Shown here: positions 1-13,544 of the stretch, piece by piece
Numbering within the stretch: position 1 is the first letter of the stretch
Layout of the letters: the number at the start of each line of letters is the position of its first letter
Origin: Rotaria socialis
Lineage: Eukaryota
Assembly (NCBI GenBank): GCA_905331295.1
Contig: CAJNYD010000253.1
Span: 124,001 to 173,500 of the forward strand
Reading direction: 5' to 3'
DNA length: 49,500 nt
Translations under genes and position numbers: made by a program
The notes under the pieces: generated by a model
What the model was told of the DNA's origin: nothing
Database searches by the model: none
Seen by the model: the letters and a program-made list of their open reading frames with translations, nothing else

Positions 1-84
1 GGTAAGTGCGCATGTGCACCCGGATACATTGCCAATGGACTTTGGTCTTGTCGGAAAATAAAAGTACGATCAAGTGATGTTTGA
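1..84 (+). CDS. 3' fragment of a cysteine-rich (EGF/EB-like) protein running in from outside the window
   Basis: Frame 1 reads GKCACAPGYIANGLWSCRK, a CxCxxGY..C pattern typical of EGF/EB module ends. Either it stops at 82-84 or a GT..AG intron (64-121) leads to a short last exon. Confidence 0.4.
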   Translation, partial: GKCACAPGYIANGLWSCRKIKVRSSDV

Positions 85-1373
85 ATAAATTTAATCTTTG
101 CTTTCAATGATTTTATTTTAGAAAACTGCGACGATTAAAAATTCATTGAAGCGAAAAGTCAATACAGTTAAATAAACATTTCTTTTTTTTAATCATGTAA
201 ATCTTCCAGAAGAAGAATAAACAAGGAGTGACGGTGGTGGAAAAATTTTGATTGAAACTCTCGAGTAAAATCAGATCATAAACAAATATCGATTTCGATT
301 TTTAGCAGTTATTCAATAGATCACTTGCATAGGCTAGTTCCTTGTTTGAAAAACGAATCTACTCGATATCTTTTGTTATACTTTTCTTTGAAAAGAAATC
401 GCTTTTTTTTGTACTCAAGTTTGTTCGTTGCGCATGGAAACTTCCAATACATAAATTCTATTATCGTAGAAGTATGCTTGGTGATAGAGACAAACAACAT
501 TCATCATGACGTATGAGTCAGTTTGTTTTCGGACGAAATGACGTTAATTCGTAATGCGTCAGCACTCATCCGAACCATAAATAGAAATGACTGTCTTGTT
601 GTATGAGCGAAATGATGTCCTACGCTTTGAACATAAAGATGTAGCGCAGATTGATAATTGTATTTTAAAAAATCGTTGATATAAATTTGTAATTGAGTTT
701 CCCATGTCGTCTTATCCTCGAGGGACGTTCTAAATAAAGAAGAATAAGAGACAAAGCATACCCTATTTTCTTCAATCACTAAGCATCATTACATAGAATG
801 AACTACGCGAAAATTATATTTACCCTATTCAGCAATAGCCAGTCAGACTATTGTAACTACGCCGTTTGAGCCTACCCTGTCTGGCATTATCTTGAGGATC
901 ACTTCATCTGATTTCGTTCGAATGATGATTAGATTGGACACAACAAGACATCGGAGATTCATTCAGAATGACGAACAAGAACAGAAACATAATTGAGAGT
1001 CAGCCATTATGTTCGCTAAGCAACTATGAGGTTAGCATCAATGCGAAATTGGAAAACCTTTCGATCATTTGGTTACTTGAGATGCGCCGATTCCTGGAGG
1101 AATGTCTTTCAATAGTCTTAAGAATTTCATGCTTCATGAAAAGCTTATTCCATAAAAACAAAACTTTTGGTCATGATATTTTATTATTGTATAGAAAAAT
1201 TGATTACAATGAATTTTCCATTTTTTTCGATATCAATTGATTTATCACAAATAATAAACAGAATTTGCATTCACACACAGAACGAACAGAAAATTATGAG
1301 CATAAATGTAATACAATCCATTAAAACAGATCAGCAATGATAAGTTTAGGGCTTGTTTTTCTTTGGCTATTCT

Positions 1374-3023
1374 TCACAAAATAGAGCACGAGCTTGTCTT
1401 TTTTCCTTTGGTGCGCTGTTGAACTGGTGGAGCATTGGAATTTACACGACGTTCATCGAGTGTATCGAACCAATTATCAATAGCCCCCATAAGTATTTTC
1501 ACAACATACTTATTAAAAATAGAATATCTTTTTCAATAAGCAGAAAAGCTAATTATCTACTTACATCACCAAAACTAAATGGGAAATTTTTTCCCTGAAC
1601 TTTCTGAATTTCTTCTCGTTCTGATTTATAATCATCGGCAACGTCAAGATTTGGTATTTTCTTATCCCAATTATTAAGATAACTATTATAACAATAAAGG
1701 ATTATGAATACCAAAAAAATCAAGGAGCAGAAATTTCATTACCCAACGCTTTCAGCATCATCTGTACAGGCTAAAATTGTGACTGGGATGCGATTAATTG
1801 GATTGCGTTCATGATGAAGTACATGTTCCAATGTTTTTATATCTTGTTGTCCATTCTCATTGGTCGGTACACCATCCGTAGCGATTAATACTAATAATTT
1901 ACGTTCTTGAATTTCAAGTCGTTTCTCTTGTAAAACTTGTCGCAATACACGAGCAATAGGAGTTGGTCCTGTAATAATATCCTAATTGTAAGATAACTAT
2001 TTTTTCTTTTATTCTCATTTACCAGCTGGTGGAACAGCAAACGCAACGGCAAGTTGCTCAGCATTTTTAACACTATACAGTGGTTGACGATTTAAAAAGA
2101 AAATGTCTAGGATAATAAAAGTCGAAATGAGTATTAAAAAAAAAGATTTTTTTTTAATTTACCAATTCCATTGGGGTCAAAACTTGACGATAGAAATATA
2201 GAATAATTCATTTTAATGAATAAAAACCGAGTTAACTTACACCGTAGCAATGTCAACTACAATTGAAACTGTTTGTCGAAGTTCATCCCATCGCGTTGGA
2301 TTACGATCGTATGGGCCCGATGCATTACCTAATATTTACAATCGAAATATAAATAATCAATGCTTCAGAATAAATATTCTTTTGACTATCGTTCTCACAT
2401 TAAATAGAAAGTCATTTTTCAGGGCTCTAAAAATTCTTTTTCCTTATATCAATACTTGTGAAATTAATTCATTGGTTCTAAAAACTGCAATGTATTGAAG
2501 AAGAAGAAGAAGAAGAAGAAGAAGAATAAAAGCAAGTTATAAATTTTGCACTTGAAAAAATATTGAGAAAATAGCCGAAAGAATATTTCTATTTTTGGAT
2601 GCATTAATTATCTTACCAACTGGTGAATTCATCGACCCAGAATCTAAATATATTGAAAAAGAAATTATTTCATAGAAAATAGAAGCATCAATATGTTTTC
2701 TAGTACTTCCAAATGAAGTATATATAAATAAATTATCTATGGTTTCTATCATAACGATGATGAAATTATTTTCTCGACTGTGAATGGAAAAAATTAAAAA
2801 ACGAATGAGTGATCCTCTTACCATCAACAATGAATACAATTTCATAGCCTTCTAAACCTCTTAATCTCGTTGCAAATTCTCGATTAATTTCATATCGGCC
2901 AACAAGATATTGAAATTTTCCCATGCGATCATCGCTTGTTTCTTGCAATGAATTCGACCCTATTTGATTTGAGTATTGAGGAGGCGGTGGTGCTGCAGGA
3001 GTAGGGTATTGCTGTGGATACAT
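1374..3023 (-). CDS. vWA (MIDAS) domain protein, copy A; Pro/Tyr/Gln-rich N-terminus, polybasic CaaX C-terminus; 8 exons
   Basis: Spliced reading MYPQQYPTPAAPPPP...YEIVFIVDDSGSM...RWDELRQTV...GPTP...LIATDGVP...KGKKTSSCSIL*. All 7 introns are GT-AG with consistent phase, including micro-exons at 2643-2617 and 2182-2163. Confidence 0.85.
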
Positions 3024-3821
3024 TGTTTTTGCCTATGATGCAAAAAGAACTGCGTAAGATATTTTCATTTTTTGCTGTTCTTCATCTTACAATTGCCTTT
3101 TTATTTGACGCGAACGGTGAGTTGTCGTTTGAATAGAAGAAACTCTAGAAATGGTTTGTCTTTTTAAAGCATACATGTGATCGATATATATATATATATA
3201 TACATTTATTAATCAGCAACACAATCAACAGTATGAATAGTGCTGAGTGTGAATAAGCTGCTTTATTTTTGACGCAAGTTTGATGTCAGTATTATCAACA
3301 ACAAAAGAAAAAGATGAGGATAAAAAAGAAGAACAGAAAAACTCTCGATTGTTAGTATTAGTATGGTTATCTATACACACCTGGGTTAGGTTTTTAAAAC
3401 GCACAAGAACTTTCTTCGGCCTGTTAGATTATTTCAGTAAAACAAAAACACAATAAACGTACTCGATATAGGACTTTATACAAGAAAGAACATCGAAACG
3501 CATGGTTATACGCAACATATCACTCGAAATTATTTTTCATGTATTTCACAGTTAAATAATAATCAAAAATTTAGAAAAACAAAATTACGTCGGCCAGAAG
3601 AAGCTTGACAACCATGATAAAGGCCACCACGGCGAATGTGTGTCTATTCAAATGAAATTAAGATTTATTGCAAGTGAAAAACATTTAATAAAGGAATTAA
3701 TTAGTAGCGAATTACTAATATTTAGATATCTCCGGTGGACTCTTAAACCAAAATATTTGAGAGAAGCAACAAAATTTTTAATTTTTCATTGCCGGAGTTA
3801 TCCAAATATATGATTTTGTTG

Positions 3822-5067
3822 TTAGAGAATGATGCATTGTGATTTTTTTCGCTTGTAACGGGCACCTCCTAGTGTTCGTCCGTAGCCATCGGTTGTCGCT
3901 TTCTTTTCATCTAAATCGTCAAACCAACTATCAACACCACCCATGAGAATTTTAACAACATACTACATAGGAAAAAAATACACATATAAAAATAATTTGG
4001 TAAAATTCTATTTCTTACATCACCAAAACTAAACGGAAATTGTTTTCCTTGGCGTGCTTGAATTTCTCGTTTTTCATTTCTATAATCATCAACAACATCG
4101 AGATTAGAAATTTTTTTATCCCAATCATTCAAATAGCCAATACAATCATTGTCGTCTAGAAAAACGTTTTTATCGAATGCTAAAACGGATTCGTTTTTCC
4201 TTCCATCTTACCTGTGCAAGCAATAATTGTAACAGGTATACGATTGACAGGTTTTCGTTCATTTTTAAGAACGTACTCAAACGAACGAATATCTCGATGA
4301 CCTTGATTATCAGTTGGTACACCGTCGGTTGCCAAAAGTATCAATAATTTTCGTTCTTCTATTTCATTTTGTTTATCACGAAGTACACGTCGCAGAACGG
4401 GAACAATGGGTGTTGGACCTGAAAAAAATAGAATGAAGTGTTCTTTCTCTACGTGTTCGTCATACCTGACGGAGGAACAGCAAATGTAGAAATTAGTTCT
4501 GATGAACTACGAACATGAAATAAGGGCTCACGATTAAGAAAATAAATATCAACACCATCCGGATCAAGTACACTAGCTATGTCAACAACAATCGATACAG
4601 TTTGCTTTAATTCGTCCCCTTTGATAGCAAAGAAAATTATTTTCTCACATAAAATTCAAATATAAAAATTCTTACATCGAGATGGTACTCTATCGAACGG
4701 GCCAGAAAGATCACCTGAGAAAATAAACACAGCTGTTTCAATAGAAAAATCGAAAGCCTAAATCAATTACCAAGTGGTGTATTCATTGAACCTGAATCAT
4801 CACAAATGAAAACAATTTCATATCCTTCAAGAGCACGTAATTTTGTAGCAAACGTATGATTAACTGCAGATTTTAAAAAGAAAAATAATCGATCATAAGA
4901 TTTCAAAAGCTTCGCAACTCACTTTCATAACGATCAACAAGTTGTTGAAAATCTGCCATACGATCGTCACTGGATGAATGATAATTTGGCATCGATTGTC
5001 TATACTGCATATCGTTGTTATATGGTGATGGTGCCGAAGGGGCCGAGGGATATTGTTGAGGATACAT
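3822..5067 (-). CDS. vWA (MIDAS) domain protein, copy B (tandem paralog), polybasic CaaX C-terminus; 7 exons
   Basis: Spliced reading MYPQQYPSAPSAP...YEIVFICDDSGSM...RWDELKQTV...LLATDGVP...VDDYRNEK...YKRKKSQCIIL*, with 6 GT-AG introns. Confidence 0.87.
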
Positions 5068-6286
5068 GTTTCTTTTTTAGTTTATTTTATGAAATGATAT
5101 TGTTAATATTTACTATTAAATATTGATTTGACACATTATTTATATAGGGTTTTCTTCTTTGAAAAATCTGAAGTCGCAGTAAATGTTGTGATGCGTCAAA
5201 GAATCGTGCATTTTCTTTAAAATGGAAAAAGAATAACGTCAGAAAGTGGCGTTACATTGGCTTCAATATAAAATCTATTTGCCACTCGATCTAGTCAACT
5301 GTCATTCCAAAATATATAAAAATTATGTCAACAGTCTCTCTTTCTCCATGGCATTCCCTCATTAATTCTATCAGACAGATGACGTTAGATCATAGCAGTA
5401 TATTTCATTGGCCAAGGAATTTATCTAAAAAAAAGAAAAAAAATTGTTGATTATATTGTTTGAAATTATATATTTACGCGAAATTTTATTTTCATGATTA
5501 AGCGAGAGAAAAAAAACTACATTGAAGAATACGAATTCTGTTGAAAAATTTCATCAATGTGAATTCTGGCCGTAGGAAGAATGTTTTTGTGATTTCTTAT
5601 AAACAATGCTGAGCCACTTAAAAGGTAGGGAGCATATAGCGGTAAGCGTTTAAAAGAAAAGAAAAGAATTCTAGCTGATAATAACAATAACGTATGGTGT
5701 CATATTCTATATTAATAGTGAGTCATATCAGTGGATGATGTTAAAAGTTAGTTGATCTCCGATCCAAACAACAAGCAACTGAAACTAATGACTCATTGTT
5801 TGAAAAGGCGGACCTGATACATCGATGAGTGTCTTGCAAGATTTATCTTTTTTCTGTATTGGGAATTGTTGCCGAGTCGATCAAATTTGACGTATCGAAA
5901 GACATCATCTCTAATCGTAAGTCGAAGTCGATAGTAATAATTTATCAAAAGAAGATGCAATCTTTTTCCGATTCTATTCGTTAGTTTTATCTAAAACGTC
6001 AATCTCACTTTTCCAGATCACATAATTCTCGGCCAATTCATTTCTTTTTTTTTTTCTTCTTTCCTTAATTATTATCCATCCTAATGAATAAGTAGAGAGT
6101 CACTTTGACTCAAATTATGAAATAAGGTACTGCTTACTAGTCGTCCTGTATTCAAATAGATAAGAATAACGGAGTCAACAGTGAATTTCTTGTCTCTTAT
6201 CAACAATATAAATGCGTTCCCTGTTCGGTCGTTCATTGGGCGACGCTACAGAAGAAAAGAAGAGGATGCATTCTTTTTTTTCTGCG

Positions 6287-7105
6287 TATTTATTTTTTCG
6301 TTAGTAGTACAAGTAGTAGGGTGATGTAAACAAATGAAAAAAAAAAGAAAAAAAAAACGAGCAAACAAAAGAACAAGGAAGAAAGAGAAATAGAGAGAAA
6401 GGTCGTTCACTACATGAATATAAAGTGTGCCAGAACAAATTAAACAGATTTAGTTTTTTTCTTATGAAAAAAGAAAAACAAGAAACAATCGCTTTTTGGG
6501 TAGAAAAAAAAACAAAACACATAGAGACAAGACAGGAAAAGTATGTATGTGCGGCACCTCCCCTTAAGATTACACAGTTTCCTGAGACGAAGCAAAAAAA
6601 GAACAAGAAGGAGGTATACAAAAATAAACTCTGATGTGTGCGTATTAGTAAACAAAACCATCTCAATTTTGTTTTTCAACTCCCGAGTGTGAACATTATT
6701 TTCTTTTTGCATAAGGAGGAAGTGTATAACAGCAAAACCTTTACAATAAGTGAAGTACACACACTCACATACACAGTTATATGTTATGTATACGAAGCAA
6801 TTACAAGTGTGATAGACGACAATGCTGTACATAAGAATTTTTTGTTTTCAAGCAAAACAAAAAAAAACAAACCAAACCGCTGTATATAAGGCAAAGACAA
6901 GTTCCAAAACGAACAGGCAGTGTTGCCGAGCAAAACCAAAACACATTGCCTGAGCCGGATATATGCAACAGCAACAAAAAACCGACTATGAGAGCGACCA
7001 CTGTCACGCAAAAGAAGAAAGAAAAACCCAAACAAACAAAAGCTAACTACAGTGTAATAGAAGAAAAAAAACTGCTTGTATGAAAAAAGAAAAAGAACGA
7101 AAATG
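6287..7105 (-). promoter_or_regulatory. Long U-rich 3' UTR of pumilio with AATAAA near 6290
   Basis: About 800 nt of T-rich minus-strand sequence after the stop, ending near a tttatt (AATAAA on the minus strand). The ORFs predicted here are low-complexity artefacts. Confidence 0.6.
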
Positions 7106-10100
7106 TTAATTGTCGTAATGTGACAAACCATTTGAATTTGATGTTGATGATGTTAACATAGGACCCAAATCGGAAGTTTTGCTTAGATGTTTTTCCAATT
7201 TTGTTATTATATGTTTACCATAGGTAAACTTTCGAAGTGATTGAATATGTGGACGAACTTTGGTCAGGAGAATTTTTCGTTGAGCTGGCTCAGCAACATC
7301 GATCATCTATGGGAAAAGAAAAGATTATATCCGGTTCTTTTTTTCTATGATAGAAACACTAGTTAATATTTATGATAATAATTATATAACTATTAGGATT
7401 TTTCAAGAAAAACAATATTCATTTAGATGAGCTTTGATTAGCATGCAAAGTCCTGAGTACAAGCTTTAATCTACTTAGAGAATATTTCATATTTGGTCGA
7501 ACAAAAGAAGCAATTATAAATTCTGTATTCATATCGACTTTTCATAAAGCTTATGAATAAATAATCTACAGTGTCACTATATAAACAGATTTCCCAATTG
7601 ATCTAAAAGCTAATTTGTTTCTTGGTGAGATTTTTCATGATATTTCAAAGTACTCGGAGCTAGAGAATATGTAAAAACGAGACTTAGATTATGCGCAGAT
7701 CTTTATTTTAGTAATAATTAAATTGATTAGTTATATTTTTCGCGTTTTCAAAAAGAAAATGTCTTGTTGGTCGTGCGTGAAAATTTTCCCTCGTTATTTC
7801 TGTAAAACTTAATAAGTTTCTCATCGACAACTAGTTGAGTTCCAGATTATCATTTTTGATTATTCTAACTGTGACTCGAGATACTACTTGAAGGTTACCC
7901 TAGATGAACCAAAATTGATCCTTGACCTAATTAATCAGAGTGGTATCAGCTTTTGTATGAAAGTAAACGATCGCAAATTTTTTTTATTTTATTTTAACTA
8001 GAGCGAGCGTCTTTAATTCAGAAAGGAAATTCTATTTTAGTCATGGTCACCATCGTAAACAGTTTCCACTCCACCTATACGTAGCGAGATTAGACCGAAG
8101 CTTGCTTGACATGTTACGTTTTTTTGCTAATTAATAAATAATCTCTCATAGATGAATACTTTCCGATATTAAACACTTTTCATCAGACTCCATAGTATTC
8201 GTTCCATCGGAATTATACTGCACGCTGATGAACCATACTCAATGATATTTTTGAAATCTTACTTTTTGCACAACATAATTAGCAAATTGATCTTTCATCA
8301 TTATTAACAATGCACTGTTAGGTCTGAAAAACAAAATAACAGTTTCTAAATATATTGTATATATATATAGACAATTCTTACCCATCTCCAAACGAAACGA
8401 CCTCATCAATAAGTTGTCGTTTTTCTTCGCGTGTTGCATAAGTTACACATTTCTCCACTACATTACTACAAAAACGAAAGTGAATCTCACATTAAATGTG
8501 ATCTAAACAGATGTTCTAAAGCTGTACCTTGCAAATTTATGTTGTGATAAATGAAGCACACGTCCCATAATAGCATTGACAATGCGGCTTCGATCTTCAA
8601 CTTTACCATGTTCCAGTACATGTTGAATAACATAATTTCCTATAGCGAAAAGTAGAAGAAAACAACGATAATTTTTTTCTGAATTCTTTACCATATTGAT
8701 CTTGAACAAGATTTTCTAATTCATTATGTAATATATCGAGTATAGGTCTTGTTTGTGATTCTTTACAATTCTCAAGTATACGTTGTATAACGCGACAACC
8801 ATATGGATGTGCTGATAATTGAAAAACTTGATTGGTGACGTCCTTTATAATAAAATCAATATCATCGCCTATACAACATTCAATACATTTTTGTATGACA
8901 TGATTTCCATTTTGATCTTCAATACATTTAACAATATTTCCATCTAATTCTCTCGCTATTTGCACTTGATATTCTGGTTGTAGGCTTTCAACAGCTTTTT
9001 GTATAACTCGACAACCATACATTTGTAATGCCAGTGATAAAACGTTACCGCGGATACTATGAGCTAAATATGCTTTATGTTCCGTAGAACCAAATTCGAA
9101 AAATTTCTAAACAAATAATTCAATGATTACAAATAAAATAAAAACGATCTTTCTGCTTACTTGAATAACGTAATTGCCGAAAACATCAGTCATCAATTGC
9201 GGTGCATTACTAATAATTTCTTTAAACACCATATCTTTTTCGGTATTAGTTGCACGTTCGAGTTTCTGTTGAATAAATCTTGAGCCATGTTGATCCATGG
9301 AAAATTCAGTAAAATGTCCAATAACATCACGTAATTGTAAATTTGGCATACGACTATTACGAAAATCATCTAATAATTTACTTCGAGTGATTACTGAATC
9401 ACGTCCGGAATTTGACATTGAACCAGCTCCACGAAGACTATTATTATTATTGTTGTTGTTGTTTCCCGGTCCGCCGAAAACATTCGGAGGATAATAATTC
9501 GGTAGTGGTCCACTCATGCCACCGACACTACGACGGCCCGTATATACTTCATTGCCATTGATTATTGCTTGTTGTGCCGGCACTGTTGTTGGTCCTTGTT
9601 GATTTTGTGGTGGAAAAAATCGTGCATTAAACATTCCATCGAATGCGCCGGCGTTGGACGATGGCGGCGGCGTCATGGAAGTCATCAAGTTATTGTAGGC
9701 GGGTGACGGAGGTAAACCACCGGGTAATTGACCATGATATAATGGAGTTTGTTGCGATTGATGTGGTGTCGATAAACGAGGATCATTAACAAGACGAGAA
9801 AAGTCAGGTAATGGTGCATCACGTCTTTGATTTGGAACTGTATACACGTCTAAATCAAGGGTTGAAAGGAAATTTCTCTAAAGAAAAACTCTTTTTGTTT
9901 AAACAAACCATTGAATGAGCTTGAAAGTGAGCTTGCAACTGGACTGCCATATAAACCACCTTGATTATTAGCGTTAACTAGGAGATGAATACATGATAAA
10001 TTAATGAAATTTATTTATTTTGTAAGATTATATACCTGGAATTGGCACTTGTTGAGGATACATACGCAATCCTGGTGATCCGGTTGGTTGTCGTGCATTT

Positions 10101-12254
10101 GACATCATAATACTTGGATCGAGAAATGTTGGCGAAGCCGCAGCATAAAATGGAAAATTTACTAAACAAAAGAGATCGATGATTATTTGATTGCAACTTT
10201 TCGACAAAATTTTTCTTTTACCGGGTGTTTGTGTTGTACGCTGCATATTAATATATTGCTGATGATTAGATTGCGATGCACTTAGTAGGTCCGCTGAATT
10301 AGTTGGTGTTAATGGACGATTATTATTATTTTTTGATTGTGGTGATTGTTGTTCATTATTGGATGATTGTTGTTGTGCTAATAGGGCTTGCGGTGGTGCT
10401 GCTGGGAAAACGAGAGCTGTTGGCAATGCTGACCAATACTGTGGTTGGCCGAGTAATGATGGAAGTGTTGCCGGCGATTGATGATAGTTTTGTAATTGTT
10501 GTAAATAATTATCTTGATTACTATTTATAATATATTGATTTGATGAACCATAGGGTTGTTGTTGATTAGCTGTTTGTTGTTGGGCAGCCATTGTACTTGA
10601 AAGCCATGACATCAATGGTGTTTGAGCTAGATTAGCTAACTGAGGATCTTGTTGATTATTTCCATTTCCTTGTGGATTGAATGCTGTCATGATTGACTGA
10701 CTTTCAAACCTTCGAAATCGATTATTATGAATTTAAAATTAATCAACGTAGAAAACAACAGGAGCAACTTACGATTGAGGTTGAATTAAAGTGTAATCAA
10801 ATGTTTGAAAGTTATTTGTTGGTTGATTCATTTCATAATGAGCCTGTTGTTGTTGTTGTTGTGAAACAATATGATACTGTGGTGGATAACTACATGTTTA
10901 TAAAAAAAAGCCTTTTCTTTTTGTTTCAACCTCTAGGGATGTGTAAGACTTATAATAGATGTTTCCGTTCTAGGCCAGTGATTGTACGAACGATATATAA
11001 ATGTAGTGTAAAACTCTTTTAAACATCAATAACAGTGATTGGAAATGAAAAATTAGTTCTCTTTAACAAATTCTGTATCTCAGCATTTTCCGTCGGAAAG
11101 AAGATCACTGCTGATTTCTTGAGGGTAACAGGAAGTGGTGCCTTTTTTCAGGGAGTAGACCTACCCTCTTCTCTTGATGGTATGTGACTATACAAAGAAA
11201 TATTAGTTTTTTCGAATGAGCTTGGCTGAACCGTCGGATATTTTTTTTTTGTAATCAAATACTTTATTCATAAAATCTATCCTATGCTTTTGTGAATCCG
11301 AATATCTTTGGTCACAACTTGTGACATTTTTTTCTCAACTTACGCTTGTTGTTGCGGATAGAGTAGCATCTGTTGTTGTTGTTGTTGCTGCTGATTATTG
11401 TTTTGCATTCGTTGATATGGTATAGGCATCGATGCTGTTGGTGCACCGTTCATCATCATATGTGATTGTGGCATTAAACCATCATTTGGGTCGTCACCGG
11501 AAACGATCGTATTTGCACATGGAAGATTTTCATTATTCGTACTATTGGTTAAATCACTATTAACATGACCTGGTGATGAACGTGGTGTTGGTTTACGATT
11601 TGAATCTGTTTCGCGTGTTTTATCATCAGATTTACCATCGTAAACAGTTGGTGTATCAACAGTTTTCTTCTTATTATTATTATCATTGTCATTCTAGATA
11701 AAATAAAAAATAAAATTTTCAATAGACTTGTCAGAATAGTCGAAGAGACAAATGTATCTAGGGAACATTAATCGAAAAGAATCAACTATTTTTATTATCT
11801 AGGCTAATCGTTAACACCACTGTTCTGATTGGAATGTAAACAATGGTAACGCCTGACGATCGCCATAGCTGGAATGTGGTATCGAACCCATACATTTAGA
11901 GCTTTAACCACTGAACTAATTAGAAGCTATTTATAATACTTACATAGATCTTCATAGCTTGCATATGTTGAGTAACATCTTTGATGCCATTATCTTTCAC
12001 ACGTGGTGAATTATCTCCTTCTAATATGTTAATGCACATATTAATTCCAAGATTAGCTGGATCAGTTGATTTTGGTGAAAAAACTACACCATGTGGATCA
12101 GCATAGCCTGATGTCATATCCGATTGTCGATTCGGCATATTGATCGGTGCTGATCGCTCTAAAATAGATGTTTTTTTTCTAAATAAAATTAATCATATTA
12201 TTTTGTTTTCTTACCATTTGCAGTATAATCATTCGTACCTTGTGATGGCCACAT
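7106..12254 (-). CDS. pum: Pumilio (PUF) RNA-binding protein, multi-exon
   Basis: Q/N-rich N-terminus, then [95 protein letters not shown] (eight PUF repeats). The start at 12254 (MWPSQG) is inferred. Confidence 0.96.
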
Positions 12255-13544
12255 GTGTGAACTATTAGAAACAAGAAACATTTTTTTTGTTTCTATTTCC
12301 TTCGATTATCGCTTGTAAAACTTACTTTTATGTATATAAACAAACACTAATAATTACACAAAAGAACAATAATAAATCAGCCGGTTTATTACGCTTGATG
12401 ATATTCTTGTTTATATTTTATACATAGGTACACAGGTATGTAACGTCAAAGAAGAATACACACGGAAAAGGGAAAAGATAGACAAGGCCTATGTACACTA
12501 TGAACAATAGAAAACGGGGCGACGGCGAAGACGACGCGCAATGAGTTGCCTCTTAGAAAATACACAGGAATACAGTATAATAAACAAGTATGAAACAGTT
12601 GTAAACAATCAACATATACGTCGAACAATTACGGACGTGTTTTTTTTGCTGTTCTTTGTATACTAGACCGCCATGGGATTGATAAAAAACCTTCGAAAAA
12701 TGAAAATAGAAATATTTGTTTTAGAATCAAAGAAAAATGATTTGTTTTTCATAAATAAATAAATAATAATAATAAATTTCGAATGAATTTCAAATACTGT
12801 ATATAGATGGCGCTAATTATTAATAAAATAAAAACGCTGGAAGTGATTCATAATTGTACTCATTACAATTGTTATCAACTGTCAGAACATAAAGTATCGT
12901 TTCGAAGAAAAATTGACTTATTTATTCAGATATTCGATAGGAATAAATATCGAGTCGTATGACAAAGAATATTACAATTGGTCATATGATAAAATGTCCT
13001 TGCCTTTATCATCGCCATAACCTCGCGTATGTCGTACTTCACCTACGATAAATTACTCAAAGAGCACACAAACCACTCGTCTTTTTTTCTTTGCGTTCTA
13101 CATGCTTCAAACAGAACGTCACTCAACAATCTGAATACCACGACAGCTGCATTGTGCATTCGTAAATTGATGATAATGTATATTGTACGAAACGCTATCT
13201 TTATTCTGTTTTCTCTATGCTTAATCTTGATAGAACATCTTACACCTAGAATACGCTTTAGTTTTTTTTTTTTGATGATAATGATTCTACAAATTTTAAA
13301 AAAATGCCTTGAAAATAGCAATTGATAAGAGAAATATTGAATTTTCAGTTTTTTATAAGAATTCATAGAACCGGAGTTTTGTTCCTGTAAAAAATATTGT
13401 GCCAGCATTAGAATATTGTCAATGAAATTTCGACGAAGCATCCACGTACGATTTAGCGAAAAGCATTTTATTTTTATTAAAAGAGATAATATAGCTGAGT
13501 GTTAAAATACATATTAAAAAATGTAACATATGTACGAATAACAT

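Noticed and set aside
325..1240. Short ORFs of 63-91 aa
   Set aside because: No recognisable motifs and no consistent exon model.
6820..6890. Pumilio-binding elements TGTACATA and TGTATATA in the pumilio 3' UTR region
   Set aside because: They lie on the plus strand, antisense to the pumilio mRNA, so they do not support autoregulation.
6301..7131. Several Phe/Cys-rich or Lys-rich ORFs
   Set aside because: Low-complexity translations of the U-rich pumilio 3' UTR.
8154..8200. Hammerhead-ribozyme-like pattern on the minus strand in a pumilio intron (gaatact-a...CTGATGA...GAAAgtattc)
   Set aside because: Stem III and the core letters fit, but stem I (tggagt) and stem II cannot pair properly; more likely a TE-derived palindrome.
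13029..13441. Overlapping 98-aa and 132-aa ORFs
   Set aside because: AT-rich intergenic composition with no motifs or splice support.
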